From Poseidonia sp. (GTDB taxonomy: Archaea; Thermoplasmatota; Poseidoniia; Poseidoniales; Poseidoniaceae), in NCBI GenBank assembly GCA_022426155.1, contig JAKMEE010000039.1:24516-88515 (forward strand): a DNA stretch of 64,000 nucleotides, written 5' to 3'. A model generated the notes under the pieces. That model ran no database searches, had not been told where the DNA came from, and saw only the letters and a list, made by a program, of their open reading frames with translations. The position numbers were made by a program, and so were the translations under genes. This document shows positions 53,190 to 62,804 of the stretch, piece after piece. Position 1 is the stretch's first letter; every line of letters begins with the position of its first letter.

Positions 53190-55211
53190 TCATTCCTTCC
53201 TTGAACGGCGACTGCTTCCTTTGGCAGTTCCACGGCGAACGTTCGTATTGCGTTTTTTACGCTTTTTCCCCGAACGCTCTTCAATTTTAACTTCTTTTTC
53301 AAGATTCATTCCTAGGAGGCCGCCATTGTTCAGCAAGGCATTGAGTTCTTCCATAGAGACCGATTCACCCGTTGACATCTTCTGCTTTACCATGCTTGCA
53401 TCAGGTCCCTTTGATTTTCTTTTGGCCTGTTTTGCCCGTGGCTTATTGGGCCGACTGCCTCCATCCTTGATTCGGATGAAGGCTTCGATGCGTCCCCGTT
53501 CCCTTCGAAGGGTTCTGCGGCGTTTGATTAGCCGTTTCATGGAATTGCTGTTTTTACGATTCATGCGATTCAATTGCTTGACTTCCTTGTGGAGGTCTGC
53601 ATCAATTTGCTTTGAAGTCAAGTATGTTTGATGAGCTTTTAATGCTGAAGGTTGCATGGCTTTGAGTTCAAAAAATGAGCCGAACAATTCGCGTTCACGA
53701 TTCAAATTATGGACGTTCATGACATCCAATTCCTCAGTAATGCGTTCAAAGATGGTTCTCATTTGATGTTGAATACGGGAATGTGAAAGGATGTTGATTT
53801 CATTGATTTCGTCGACTTTGTTACGCATGGCCGTAAATTCTGAAACACTGTTTTCAAATCTCTCCTTGATTTCCACATAGTCAGGAATCGTGATGTCAGG
53901 TTTGGTTCTTTCTTGACGAAGGCCAAATTTAACCAATTTTGCCAATTCTGTGCGTCGTTGTTTAGCTTCCGTATGTTCGACATCAACTTTGACTAATTCT
54001 GATTCGATCTCAGTCATTTGGTTTCTTAACACTTCCATACTCAATGTTCGAAGGTCTGCAAAGAGGTCAAAGCGTTCAAATCGGGTTGTTTGAGGGCCAA
54101 TTGGTTCGCATACCTGCTCCCAAGACAGTCCTTGTGATAGGAGTTTCTGGGCCCGATAAATCTCCTCTCGGATGTCGAAGTACCCTTCAGGCCTCAAAAC
54201 GCGGCTGAGATCGTGACTGTGTTGAAATGGGTCTTCGATTGGCATTGAATGGTCGCCGAGTCGTTGATTCAATTCTTCTGGGACCATGTCCCAAGCGATA
54301 GGTTCTCCATGCGGCCATCGTTTGATTTCACGGCCAATGTACCCTCCATGCTTTACTGAACACACTCCCTCATCAAAGGACCAATCATTGGCAAGGTGGT
54401 CAAAGATCCCTAACACGGCTTCTGCCAATGTCATCGATGGATTGGCGGGAACAAATGTTTGGCCTTTTTTGAATCCAACATTGTAACTCTGATCAAGTTG
54501 GATGATGGATTTAGGTGCATTTTCTTGAAGATTTAACAAGGCAATGTTTGGGTTTGCTTGGAGGATTGCCAACGCTATGAGTGTCCATGCGTACGAGGAG
54601 AGCGTCCCGTTGGGTGCTTCATTGATGCTCCTGGATGAAGCCCAATGTTTGACAGCAAGGACGGTCTCCTTCACCAAAGGATGTAACTCAGCATATTCTT
54701 TAATCAAATCAGTGTTGTAAATTGCCAACTCATTGTTCACTGAGATATCAATGGGCAATCCCGATGGTCCGTCTTTGAATTTGACGATTGGAACCTTGGC
54801 TCGGCCGATGACTTCGATGTCTTTCATCCCCATTTGCTTCAAGACATTTCGAATTTTGTTGAGGAGGCGTCGAGGGGATTGTTGCTTGACCACGATGCAA
54901 AGGTCGAGGTCTCCAGCGCCCAAGGATGTCCCAGATTCCGTTGAACCGAAAGCATGCAATTGGCTTCCTTCAAACTCAAATTCAATACGTTTCTTGAGTT
55001 GTCGGAAGACAGCCTTTCGATGTGTCAATTCCTCAGAACTCATGGTCGCCTGTTGAAGACTGGCCTGAATTTCTGTTCCGAGACGCGGCAAATCTGGGTG
55101 GTTGAGAGCATGCAATGTGTCAACCTCTTGAGTGAGCAAAGCATGAAGGTGAGACCACCTCTCTTGTTGATCTTTTGAGAATCCAGAGACTGGGCAAATT
55201 TCCTCTGTCAT
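53190..55211 (-). CDS. Cid1/Gld2/TUTase-family (eukaryote-type noncanonical poly(A) polymerase-like) nucleotidyltransferase with PAP/OAS1-associated domain, coiled-coil region and Lys/Arg-rich C-terminal tail
   Basis: 'HAFGSTESGTSLGAGDLDLCIV' (Pol-β GS…DxD), 'AKVPIVKF', 'DISVNNELAIYNTDLIKEY', and 'VKHWASSRSINEAPNGTLSSYAWTLIALAILQ', which mirrors the Cid1 'KRWAKRRQIN…GTLSSY…LQ' PAP-associated motif. C-terminal 300 aa are coiled-coil and K/R-rich. Confidence 0.75.
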   Translation of the reverse strand: MTEEICPVSGFSKDQQERWSHLHALLTQEVDTLHALNHPDLPRLGTEIQASLQQATMSSEELTHRKAVFRQLKKRIEFEFEGSQLHAFGSTESGTSLGAGDLDLCIVVKQQSPRRLLNKIRNVLKQMGMKDIEVIGRAKVPIVKFKDGPSGLPIDISVNNELAIYNTDLIKEYAELHPLVKETVLAVKHWASSRSINEAPNGTLSSYAWTLIALAILQANPNIALLNLQENAPKSIIQLDQSYNVGFKKGQTFVPANPSMTLAEAVLGIFDHLANDWSFDEGVCSVKHGGYIGREIKRWPHGEPIAWDMVPEELNQRLGDHSMPIEDPFQHSHDLSRVLRPEGYFDIREEIYRAQKLLSQGLSWEQVCEPIGPQTTRFERFDLFADLRTLSMEVLRNQMTEIESELVKVDVEHTEAKQRRTELAKLVKFGLRQERTKPDITIPDYVEIKERFENSVSEFTAMRNKVDEINEINILSHSRIQHQMRTIFERITEELDVMNVHNLNRERELFGSFFELKAMQPSALKAHQTYLTSKQIDADLHKEVKQLNRMNRKNSNSMKRLIKRRRTLRRERGRIEAFIRIKDGGSRPNKPRAKQAKRKSKGPDASMVKQKMSTGESVSMEELNALLNNGGLLGMNLEKEVKIEERSGKKRKKRNTNVRRGTAKGSSRRSRKE

Positions 55212-55711
55212 GATTTTGCCTCCTTTTCTTTCCTCTTGACTGCATAACTGGAGGGTCCACCCGACTCAACACGTTGGGCATCAGTCAGCAAGTTATCCCA
55301 GCCTTTTTCCAAGATGTTCTCCCAATATTCAATCGCTCGCTGGCAATCATTGAGTGCAAAAGTGAGGCGCTTGGTTCTCGAATCCGCTCTTCGGCGAAAC
55401 AATTCATTTTCGAGGTAGGCATTCTCTGCTTGTTGTGATTCTGCAATGAATGACTCTCTTGAATCAATGAGCGATTGATGTTCTTCAGAGCCTGATTTGA
55501 CCTTAAGCAGTTGGTCATCAAATGCTACAATTTTGTCTTGGAGAGCCTCTCTTCGCTCCTTTGCATCCTTGGCCAAAGGTTCTGCAACCTGGAGTTCCTC
55601 CCCGCGAGATTCAAGTTGCTTGGGAATCATCATAGCAAGGCGTTCCCTTCGATGAATAATGGCCCGAATCATAAATTCGGGGGTCACCTCAAGCAACGCT
55701 TCATCCTTCAT
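55208..55711 (-). CDS. α-helical hypothetical protein (167 aa), first gene of the nucleotidyltransferase operon
   Basis: ATG at 55711 (the track begins at TTG 55732); stop overlaps the NTase start (ATGA). Confidence 0.45.
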   Translation of the reverse strand: MKDEALLEVTPEFMIRAIIHRRERLAMMIPKQLESRGEELQVAEPLAKDAKERREALQDKIVAFDDQLLKVKSGSEEHQSLIDSRESFIAESQQAENAYLENELFRRRADSRTKRLTFALNDCQRAIEYWENILEKGWDNLLTDAQRVESGGPSSYAVKRKEKEAKS

Positions 55712-55802
55712 GCAACACGGGCTACGGTTCAAGGTTGAATAAAGAATCCCTTTCTCTTCTTGAAGGCGAGAATGTCAAGAACCCCTGCGTTGAGCGGTCC
55801 CC

Positions 55803-58346
55803 ATGGGCGGACAGCGCTTTGGAAGATGGAGCTCCAAAGGGGCGCTTCTTGCCGCATTGATGCTCTGTTCCCTTTTCCCAACAGTTTCCGCAGCAGGGGG
55901 CGGCGCAGTCATTGATGTAAGTTCATTTTCACTTGAGAATTTTGAAACCATAGAATCAGCAGATTACACACTTGAATTCAACTTGACCGAAGTCGATAAT
56001 AGCGAAGCAGATATTGACGTCATGGTGACGCTTTCTTCCCTTGATGGGACTGTTTTTGACACATTGTACCAGAACCTTACGATCGGGCCACTCAACAATC
56101 AAAGCATGTCGTTCAACCTCAGTGCCTTACCTTTTGGCTATACCGTTGTGAATGCAACCCTTTCGGGTGATACTGGTTTAGCCAGTGCGGGTCAATCAAC
56201 AACAATTGAACGAACCATTCAACGCTTGCGACCTCTGGCCATTGCTTTGGGGAGCCAAAGCAGTTTGTTGCTTCAGGGGATTAATCAAGCAGGTGAAACG
56301 ACTGGCAACACGACATTGCATGATGGAGATAGACTTGAACTTCAAATTCCAGTCATCAACGACGGCGACATCAACTGGACAGGAAACGTCCATTTCTCAG
56401 TTGAGAACGGAGTATCTCAGTCTTTGATTGAGCTCGAAAATGTGTCGGTTCCTGCTATGTCTTCAACGCAAGTTTTCTTTGAAGATTCAAGTCTTATCTT
56501 GGAAGAAGGCGTGCTAAATTGGTCGGTGAGTCTCTCAGGCATCCTGAATAACGACTCGTTCAATCAAACACGTCAAGGGCAAGAGTCAGTTTTGCCCCCA
56601 CCTCTCCCCGTGATGATGGGCATTCTTACTAGCAATGCTGAATTCATTCGTTCTGGTGAAATACTCAACATCTCTTTGATGATTAACAACACGGGCCTCA
56701 TTGATTTCGATGGTGCCTTTGAATGCACATTAGATGGGGACCTCATCGCAACTCAAGAAGTGTTGATCAACGCCTCATCCTCGAAAACATTGAATTTCTC
56801 AACAACTGCAAAACCTGCTATTCTCATCTGTGATTCGAGAAATGTACGTGTTGATTCTTCCTCAAATTTCCCTCTGCAGGCCCTCATCGAGATGGATTCA
56901 GCAATGTTTGAATCAGCGGGATCTTCCTCGCCTACGTTGTTGGGTGGGCCGTGGCACAAAGGCGACGAAATTCACGCAACAATGTTGATTCGAAATACGG
57001 GGGACCTCTCGGGGCGCACAAGGTTGGTGCTTGAACAAGGAGCATTTTTCTCTTCAGGTGAATGGGTGACATTAGAGGCTGGGCAGGCTGGGGAAGTAAC
57101 ATCATCCTTGGCTATGTTTGACGAGGGAGCCTTAGATCTCAATTGGACCCTTGAGAGTGACGATGGTGTGGTGCAGGTCCCTTCTTCGGGCCAGGTATCC
57201 ATTCCTGTACAGCAACAGCAATCCATTGAGATTGAGTTGGATGAAATGATTTGGACTTCTCATGAAGGTGTGTCATTCACCATGCGTCTCTCTCTTGACG
57301 AAGGAAAATCACGTCCAGTCTTCCTCCAACTTGGATATGAAACCTCAGATACAACGTTCTATTTGCAGGAATATGAAATTCTTCTTGAAGAAGGACAACG
57401 AGAGCAGCATATTTCATTCGGTCAAATTTCTGCTGAAAAAGTGGTGCTCAAAGTGACACCTGTGGGTTGGTCAGCAGGGCCAGGGGCGCTTTCCACGAGC
57501 CTTTCAATACCCGATGAACGAACTCTGTATTGGGTGACCTTCAATCCAGTCACATCCCCGATACGTCCAATTGTTGGTGATTCTGCAGCAGTAACGCTCA
57601 TCATGCATCAATCTGGGCCAGTTTCTCAATCGATTGGAGAACTCCAACTCACCGATGAACAAGGTGTCATTTTGGGACAGACCGAAACTGAATCTTGGAC
57701 TTTGGACGGAGATGAAACCATCACGTTGAACGTGGTTTGGCCAGAAGGAACGAACGTGATATTGAGAGCTGTATGGGCGATTGATGGGCAAGTGATCACG
57801 GAGCAATCTTCCTTCGTTTCTGGCGAACCTCTCGAGCAAACATCTGCAAATATCCCGTATGCAGCGATGATGTGGGGTGGTCTCCTAGGTGGTGTCCTGG
57901 TACTCGTGCTTCGATTACGGGAGCAACGAAAAGTGGGGGGTGGTGCCTCTATCCCAACCAAGAAAGAGACGGTCAAACCCTCCTCCACTACCACTCAAAA
58001 ATCATCTCTTTCAAGTGAGAAGAAAGAAGTCCAATGTCCAGAATGCGAGCGTTTGTTGAGGGTTCCAATCAACTACTCTGGCACAGTTGGTTGCCCAGAT
58101 TGCACAACCAAATTCGATGTTCAAATAGAATCTGTTGAGCAGATGCCCGTTCAAAAGATCGATGATCCGGCCGATGAAGTTGAGGTTGTACCACCAAAAC
58201 CATCATCGCGAGAAGCACGTGGTGGAAAGATTGAGATCCATTGTCCAGATTGTGCTCAAAGCCTTCGTATTCCTGCTTCCTATGAGGGCTCAGTTCGTTG
58301 CCCAGCATGCACAACAGTCTTCAAAGCAGATGAAGGCGTGAGTTGA
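55803..58346 (+). CDS. large surface protein (847 aa): signal peptide, β-rich extracellular region, TM, and a cytoplasmic tail with two tandem zinc-ribbon motifs
   Basis: Signal 'ALLAALMLCSLFPTVSAAG'. TM 'MMWGGLLGGVLVLVLRL'. Tail 'CPECERLLRVPINYSGTVGCPDCTTKF' and 'CPDCAQSLRIPASYEGSVRCPACTTVF'. Confidence 0.75.
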   Translation: MGGQRFGRWSSKGALLAALMLCSLFPTVSAAGGGAVIDVSSFSLENFETIESADYTLEFNLTEVDNSEADIDVMVTLSSLDGTVFDTLYQNLTIGPLNNQSMSFNLSALPFGYTVVNATLSGDTGLASAGQSTTIERTIQRLRPLAIALGSQSSLLLQGINQAGETTGNTTLHDGDRLELQIPVINDGDINWTGNVHFSVENGVSQSLIELENVSVPAMSSTQVFFEDSSLILEEGVLNWSVSLSGILNNDSFNQTRQGQESVLPPPLPVMMGILTSNAEFIRSGEILNISLMINNTGLIDFDGAFECTLDGDLIATQEVLINASSSKTLNFSTTAKPAILICDSRNVRVDSSSNFPLQALIEMDSAMFESAGSSSPTLLGGPWHKGDEIHATMLIRNTGDLSGRTRLVLEQGAFFSSGEWVTLEAGQAGEVTSSLAMFDEGALDLNWTLESDDGVVQVPSSGQVSIPVQQQQSIEIELDEMIWTSHEGVSFTMRLSLDEGKSRPVFLQLGYETSDTTFYLQEYEILLEEGQREQHISFGQISAEKVVLKVTPVGWSAGPGALSTSLSIPDERTLYWVTFNPVTSPIRPIVGDSAAVTLIMHQSGPVSQSIGELQLTDEQGVILGQTETESWTLDGDETITLNVVWPEGTNVILRAVWAIDGQVITEQSSFVSGEPLEQTSANIPYAAMMWGGLLGGVLVLVLRLREQRKVGGGASIPTKKETVKPSSTTTQKSSLSSEKKEVQCPECERLLRVPINYSGTVGCPDCTTKFDVQIESVEQMPVQKIDDPADEVEVVPPKPSSREARGGKIEIHCPDCAQSLRIPASYEGSVRCPACTTVFKADEGVS

Positions 58347-58362
58347 TCAGAGGGCGAGTACA

Positions 58363-59022
58363 GTGGTTGGGCATTTTCAGGAGTTTGAAGATGAATACCT
58401 CGAGACCATGTATGAATTTCATGAGCATGACCCGATGGGCCTAGTCCGTACGGGAGAACTTGCTTCCCGCCTCGGCGTGACGCCTGCTTCTGCGACAGAA
58501 ATGGTCCAACGCTTGGCCACCAGGGGCTTGTTAACTTACCAAGCCTACAAGGGCGTGAGGCTCACAGAAGAAGGCCTTATTCACGGACAGAAAATGAAAC
58601 GACGTCACCGCCTTGCAGAGGTGCTGCTGGAGATTTTACCTTTTGATGGAAACGCCCATGAGACGGCCTGTCGTTTGGAACATGCTATTGACGATGATTT
58701 GGAAGTGGCGCTTTCTCAATTAATCAATAACGAAGCGACTGATCCCAGTGGTCGCCCGATCCCTCCAGCAACCACAGACATCCAAGAACGGATTTTACAA
58801 TACGCAACCACTCAATCACTGTTGGAGCTTCCAGAACAAGCTACTGGGACAATTATGGCCTTGATCCTTCCACTACCAATCTCACAACAATTGAATCAAA
58901 GAGGGTTGAGCATTGGTTCATCGGTGACTCGCAAGGGTGATTCATTTTTGTTGAATGAGCAGCATGAATTGATTGTTGACGACTCATGGGCTGCGAATAT
59001 ATTCGTGCAATTCAATCAATAA
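58363..59022 (+). CDS. DtxR/MntR-family metal-dependent transcriptional regulator with C-terminal FeoA-like domain
   Basis: 'EDEYLETMYEFHE' N-terminus, HTH 'TGELASRLGVTPASATEMVQRLATRGLL', dimerisation/metal site 'RRHRLAEVLL…ETACRLEH'; GTG start with GAGGG upstream. Confidence 0.75.
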   Translation: MVGHFQEFEDEYLETMYEFHEHDPMGLVRTGELASRLGVTPASATEMVQRLATRGLLTYQAYKGVRLTEEGLIHGQKMKRRHRLAEVLLEILPFDGNAHETACRLEHAIDDDLEVALSQLINNEATDPSGRPIPPATTDIQERILQYATTQSLLELPEQATGTIMALILPLPISQQLNQRGLSIGSSVTRKGDSFLLNEQHELIVDDSWAANIFVQFNQ

Positions 59023-59062
59023 AGGTGTGAACGCTTTAGAGTGCAACCGACTGTGGGTTACC

Positions 59063-60595
59063 ATGGAAGCCCAGGACCTGCTGACCCAGCCCATGGATTC
59101 CACCGATGATGACCCTCCTTCCTCTAGGTTTGCCTTCCGCTTTCCAGAGTCGATAGTTCACGCCATAGATCGCCAAATTATTAGTTCAGGTCTCCGTCTA
59201 ATCATGTTCTTGCCCGCCTTCGCCATTGTGACATACTTCGCATCCTGGGCATTCTCACAATCGTCTCCTGCTTGGTGGCTGAACAACATCGAACCAAACA
59301 TTGGCATGGGCTTCTCCACAGCGATGGTGTCGCTCACGTTTGTTGTTCTCATCGGTTTTATTCTCGCAGTTGGATTCCATCGTTATCGTGTTGGTCTTTC
59401 TTTGAAAACATTTCACAAACAAGTTGAGGCTTCCAATAACGCCCATCGCTCGGTCCAATCTCTCCACGGGTACGATGGTCTTCTCTTCCAGTTGCGAAAT
59501 TCAATGGCCCATCACACCCGAGCGTTGGTGTTAGCCTTTCTATCGGCAAGCATGCTGACATTCGTCCTCTTTTTTGGCATCACCAGTGATTTAGGAGCAT
59601 TGTTTTTACTGGCATCTTTTTCTTGTTTAATCCTCTCCATTGGTCAACATTTGCCAACACGAAATACTCCTTTCAACATGGTTGAACGTACTGGTTTGCT
59701 TTCCGCATACGCTCCTCCAGTTCACCCCTCAACTCTTGAGATGGTGTTCAATGATTTATTGAAAACTCACATGGACCCACTGCTACGCTCACAGTACGAT
59801 GAATTCTCAAAGGAACTTGAACATGGGTTCAAACGTGGTGTTGACAGTCACTTTGCCCATGAAAAATATTTGATGACATTGTACAGGCATGCTACGGGCC
59901 TGGACCGGAACACAATGGAATCCGAGATGGCAGAAATTTTCACCAAGAAAGGAATGAAATTTGCTTTCGAACATGAAGTGTTCACATTGGAAGTTTGGTT
60001 GGCTCTTTTCGGGAAAATCAGCCAAACATGTCCAGCGTTTTTCCGAATGGTTGACCGTTTGAAGCAGGATTTGGAATCGGGCCGCTCGCCAGCAATGAAG
60101 GACTTGATTTTCGAAGTTGACATGGAAAATGTGGTGACAAATAAAGCAAATCTTTTCACGTTATTTCACAACTTATCTGAACAAACTCGGACCGTTGTGT
60201 TTCGAATTCAAACACCGAATTTCGAACCGAAAGATTTGGCTCTAACCTACCGGCTTGAACCCGGTGAGAGTTATTGGTGGTCTGATGTTGCTTTGCCATT
60301 GGCTGCCAAAGGGAATGAAGATGTGTTAGGTAAAATGTCGGGGTTGTTGAAGGATAGCACTGTCTCTTGGCAAACCCTCATTCCAAAGACAACAGGCGAT
60401 GCGACCGTTTCAGTCCGGCTTGAGGAAATCAACGGGGAACTTTTACTCGGTCGTCAAATCAATGTCCGTGTACGCTCAGAATTCCGACAATGGTTGCGAG
60501 CAACAGGGTCGCTCGTGGCTGCAATACTGGGTGGTTTCGGGCTTGTGTCCTTCGGTTTGCTCCTCCTTTTGGAACTGTTTGGGACGGTTGTTTGA
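59063..60595 (+). CDS. membrane protein (510 aa; N-terminal TM cluster, large soluble domain, C-terminal TM), unknown function
   Basis: ATG 59063 chosen, so that it does not overlap the regulator gene as the track start 58973 would. Helices 'LIMFLPAFAIVTYFASWAF…' and C-terminal 'LVAAILGGFGLVSFGLLLLLELF'. Confidence 0.5.
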   Translation: MEAQDLLTQPMDSTDDDPPSSRFAFRFPESIVHAIDRQIISSGLRLIMFLPAFAIVTYFASWAFSQSSPAWWLNNIEPNIGMGFSTAMVSLTFVVLIGFILAVGFHRYRVGLSLKTFHKQVEASNNAHRSVQSLHGYDGLLFQLRNSMAHHTRALVLAFLSASMLTFVLFFGITSDLGALFLLASFSCLILSIGQHLPTRNTPFNMVERTGLLSAYAPPVHPSTLEMVFNDLLKTHMDPLLRSQYDEFSKELEHGFKRGVDSHFAHEKYLMTLYRHATGLDRNTMESEMAEIFTKKGMKFAFEHEVFTLEVWLALFGKISQTCPAFFRMVDRLKQDLESGRSPAMKDLIFEVDMENVVTNKANLFTLFHNLSEQTRTVVFRIQTPNFEPKDLALTYRLEPGESYWWSDVALPLAAKGNEDVLGKMSGLLKDSTVSWQTLIPKTTGDATVSVRLEEINGELLLGRQINVRVRSEFRQWLRATGSLVAAILGGFGLVSFGLLLLLELFGTVV

Positions 60596-60655
60596 CCTTT
60601 CGCCAACAAATAGAGGATTCCATAGCCTTGAAATGCACCATGCGGTGGAAGGTTC

Positions 60656-61657
60656 ATGCGCGGCCCACGAGATGAGACGGTACCGAATCCTGATTCAGAA
60701 CTACGTGACCAACTCCAAACCATGGAGGGTAAGGTCAGAAAGTTGCGAGAAACACGGAATTCCCTCCGTGATCAGGGCAAAGCCATTGCCAAGAAACGAA
60801 ACGCTGTTCAAGATCAATACAAGGAGCATAGAGACAAGCTCACAGATATGAAAGCAGAACTTGATGCCATTCATGCAGAGCGAAATTTGCACAAGGCCAA
60901 GCGTAATGCCATTCAGGAGCAACTCCGTGATCTCATTGGTCAAGCAAAGGGACGTCGCAACGAGAAAGGCGAAAAGAAATCTGCAACAGCAGAATACTCT
61001 CAATTGATGAGTGAAATCAAAAACCTCGAAGAACGCTTCCAAACCAATTCATCAAGCACGAAAAAAGAGAAGGAAACTATGGAGCGAATCAAGCGTATGA
61101 AGCGTCGAGTCGAAGAGCTTGAGCCAGAAGTTGCTAAATTTGAAATTATCAATGTTGATCTTTCCAACCTCGATGAAGCCATCGCAACACTGAAGGCAGA
61201 AGCCGATGATGCCCACAAGATGTTTGTTGAGGCACTCAAGCGAGCTGATGCTGCCTGGATTGAATACAAGGCAGGACTCGACCACAGGAATTTCTTGAAG
61301 GCCGAAGGTGATCGACACCATGAGGAATCAGTAGAATTTCATGAGAAGGCCAATGTAATTCATGCAAAAATCGAGGAATTGATGGTTGATGTCAATAAAG
61401 TACGAGATGAACTCAATATGGCACGTGAAGAACGTGAGTCATGGATTTCAGAACACAACGATGCCGTGAAAGCAGAGATGAAAACCGGTGCTGAATCGGA
61501 AGAAGTTGCAGAGGCTTTGGTCCAATCACTACTCAGCGAAGGGGAACTGGTCTTCGGCGGTATTGGAAAAGGCGATTCATCGTTGTCAAAGAAGCGTGGT
61601 TCAGGTTCGAGTAAGAAAAAGAATATGCGAAGGCTTGGTCCGATCCGACGTCGTTGA
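60656..61657 (+). CDS. coiled-coil protein (333 aa), paralogue of 51370..52245, with Gly/Ser/Lys-rich C-terminal tail
   Basis: See the paralogue; C-terminus 'GIGKGDSSLSKKRGSGSSKKKNMRRLGPIRRR'. Confidence 0.5.
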   Translation: MRGPRDETVPNPDSELRDQLQTMEGKVRKLRETRNSLRDQGKAIAKKRNAVQDQYKEHRDKLTDMKAELDAIHAERNLHKAKRNAIQEQLRDLIGQAKGRRNEKGEKKSATAEYSQLMSEIKNLEERFQTNSSSTKKEKETMERIKRMKRRVEELEPEVAKFEIINVDLSNLDEAIATLKAEADDAHKMFVEALKRADAAWIEYKAGLDHRNFLKAEGDRHHEESVEFHEKANVIHAKIEELMVDVNKVRDELNMAREERESWISEHNDAVKAEMKTGAESEEVAEALVQSLLSEGELVFGGIGKGDSSLSKKRGSGSSKKKNMRRLGPIRRR

Positions 61658-61666
61658 GGTGAACAT

Positions 61667-62746
61667 TTGTTTGGTATCATCATGGCCGGTGGCCAAGGTA
61701 CACGGCTTCGACCACTAACGCTCACACGCCCTAAGCCAATGGTCGAAGTATTAGGGCGTCCAGTTATTGATTATGTCAAAGAAGCCATGGTTCAAGCAGG
61801 CATTGATTCCATCATCGTAACCACAGGATACCGTGGAGAGCAACTTCAAGCCCATGTTGCATCTTGGGAACATGATGCAATGGAGCATCACCAACGACGC
61901 ATATCTGCTCGCATCAATCAAGAAGCCACCCCTATGGGTACTGCTGGTAGTGTTGGACTGTTACGAGGCGAGGTCAATCAAACCTGCGTGGTCGGTTCAG
62001 GTGATTCTGTTGCCTCATTTGACATTCAACGTCTTTTGGCCCAACATCGTGCTCATGGATCGAAAGTCACCATGGCCCTTTGGGAGGTTGAAGACCCTTC
62101 TGAATTCGGAATTGTGGGGCTATCTGATCATCCAGAGGGTGACATTGATGGAGAACTTAGGTCGGGATTCATTCGTCGTTTTCTTGAAAAACCCCGGCCT
62201 GAAGAAGCGTTCAGTCGCGTAATCAATGCAGGTCTGTACATCATTGAGCCAGAAGTTTTGGCTTTGATTCCCGAAGGTGTCAAATTTGATTTTAGCAAGG
62301 ATTTGTTTCCGTTAGTTCTCGAAAAGGGCTGGCCTATGTACGCCGAAACCATCGATGGTGTTTGGTTTGATGTAGGGTTGCCTCGGGAACTTCTTCGCGC
62401 CCAATCCACTTTGCTCTCCGAACAATCTCGTCTTCCATTCCAATTGCCTCCAGGCGAAGTGACTCCCGACGCCTCATTCATTCATGCTGATGCTCTGAAT
62501 CGAGGTGATGTTCACCGTTCAGTGATTTCAGCGGATACGACCCTTGAGCAGAATGCAAGAGTGGAAGGGTCGTTGCTCATGGCCAGGTGTCAAATTAAAT
62601 CAGGAGCTGTGGTGAAAGGTTCGGTATTAGGACAAGGTGTCGTGGTGGAGTCTGGGGCATACCTGATTGATTGTGTCGTTGGTGACGACATGACTGTCGA
62701 CTCAAACGCACATCATGAATCCGTTCTCATCCCAGACGAGTCATGA
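61667..62746 (+). CDS. sugar-1-phosphate nucleotidylyltransferase (NTP-transferase domain + left-handed β-helix)
   Basis: 'IIMAGGQGTRLRPLTLTRPKPMVEV' is the G-x-G-T-R-x(n)-PK signature of the nucleotidyltransferase family; C-terminal hexapeptide-like region. TTG start 5 nt after GAGGTGA. Confidence 0.75.
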   Translation: MFGIIMAGGQGTRLRPLTLTRPKPMVEVLGRPVIDYVKEAMVQAGIDSIIVTTGYRGEQLQAHVASWEHDAMEHHQRRISARINQEATPMGTAGSVGLLRGEVNQTCVVGSGDSVASFDIQRLLAQHRAHGSKVTMALWEVEDPSEFGIVGLSDHPEGDIDGELRSGFIRRFLEKPRPEEAFSRVINAGLYIIEPEVLALIPEGVKFDFSKDLFPLVLEKGWPMYAETIDGVWFDVGLPRELLRAQSTLLSEQSRLPFQLPPGEVTPDASFIHADALNRGDVHRSVISADTTLEQNARVEGSLLMARCQIKSGAVVKGSVLGQGVVVESGAYLIDCVVGDDMTVDSNAHHESVLIPDES

Positions 62747-62804
62747 AGAATGAAGGCATAGGACTCAAATAGTTCGGGATGTCGCCGAAAAATGAGTTGG
62801 AACG

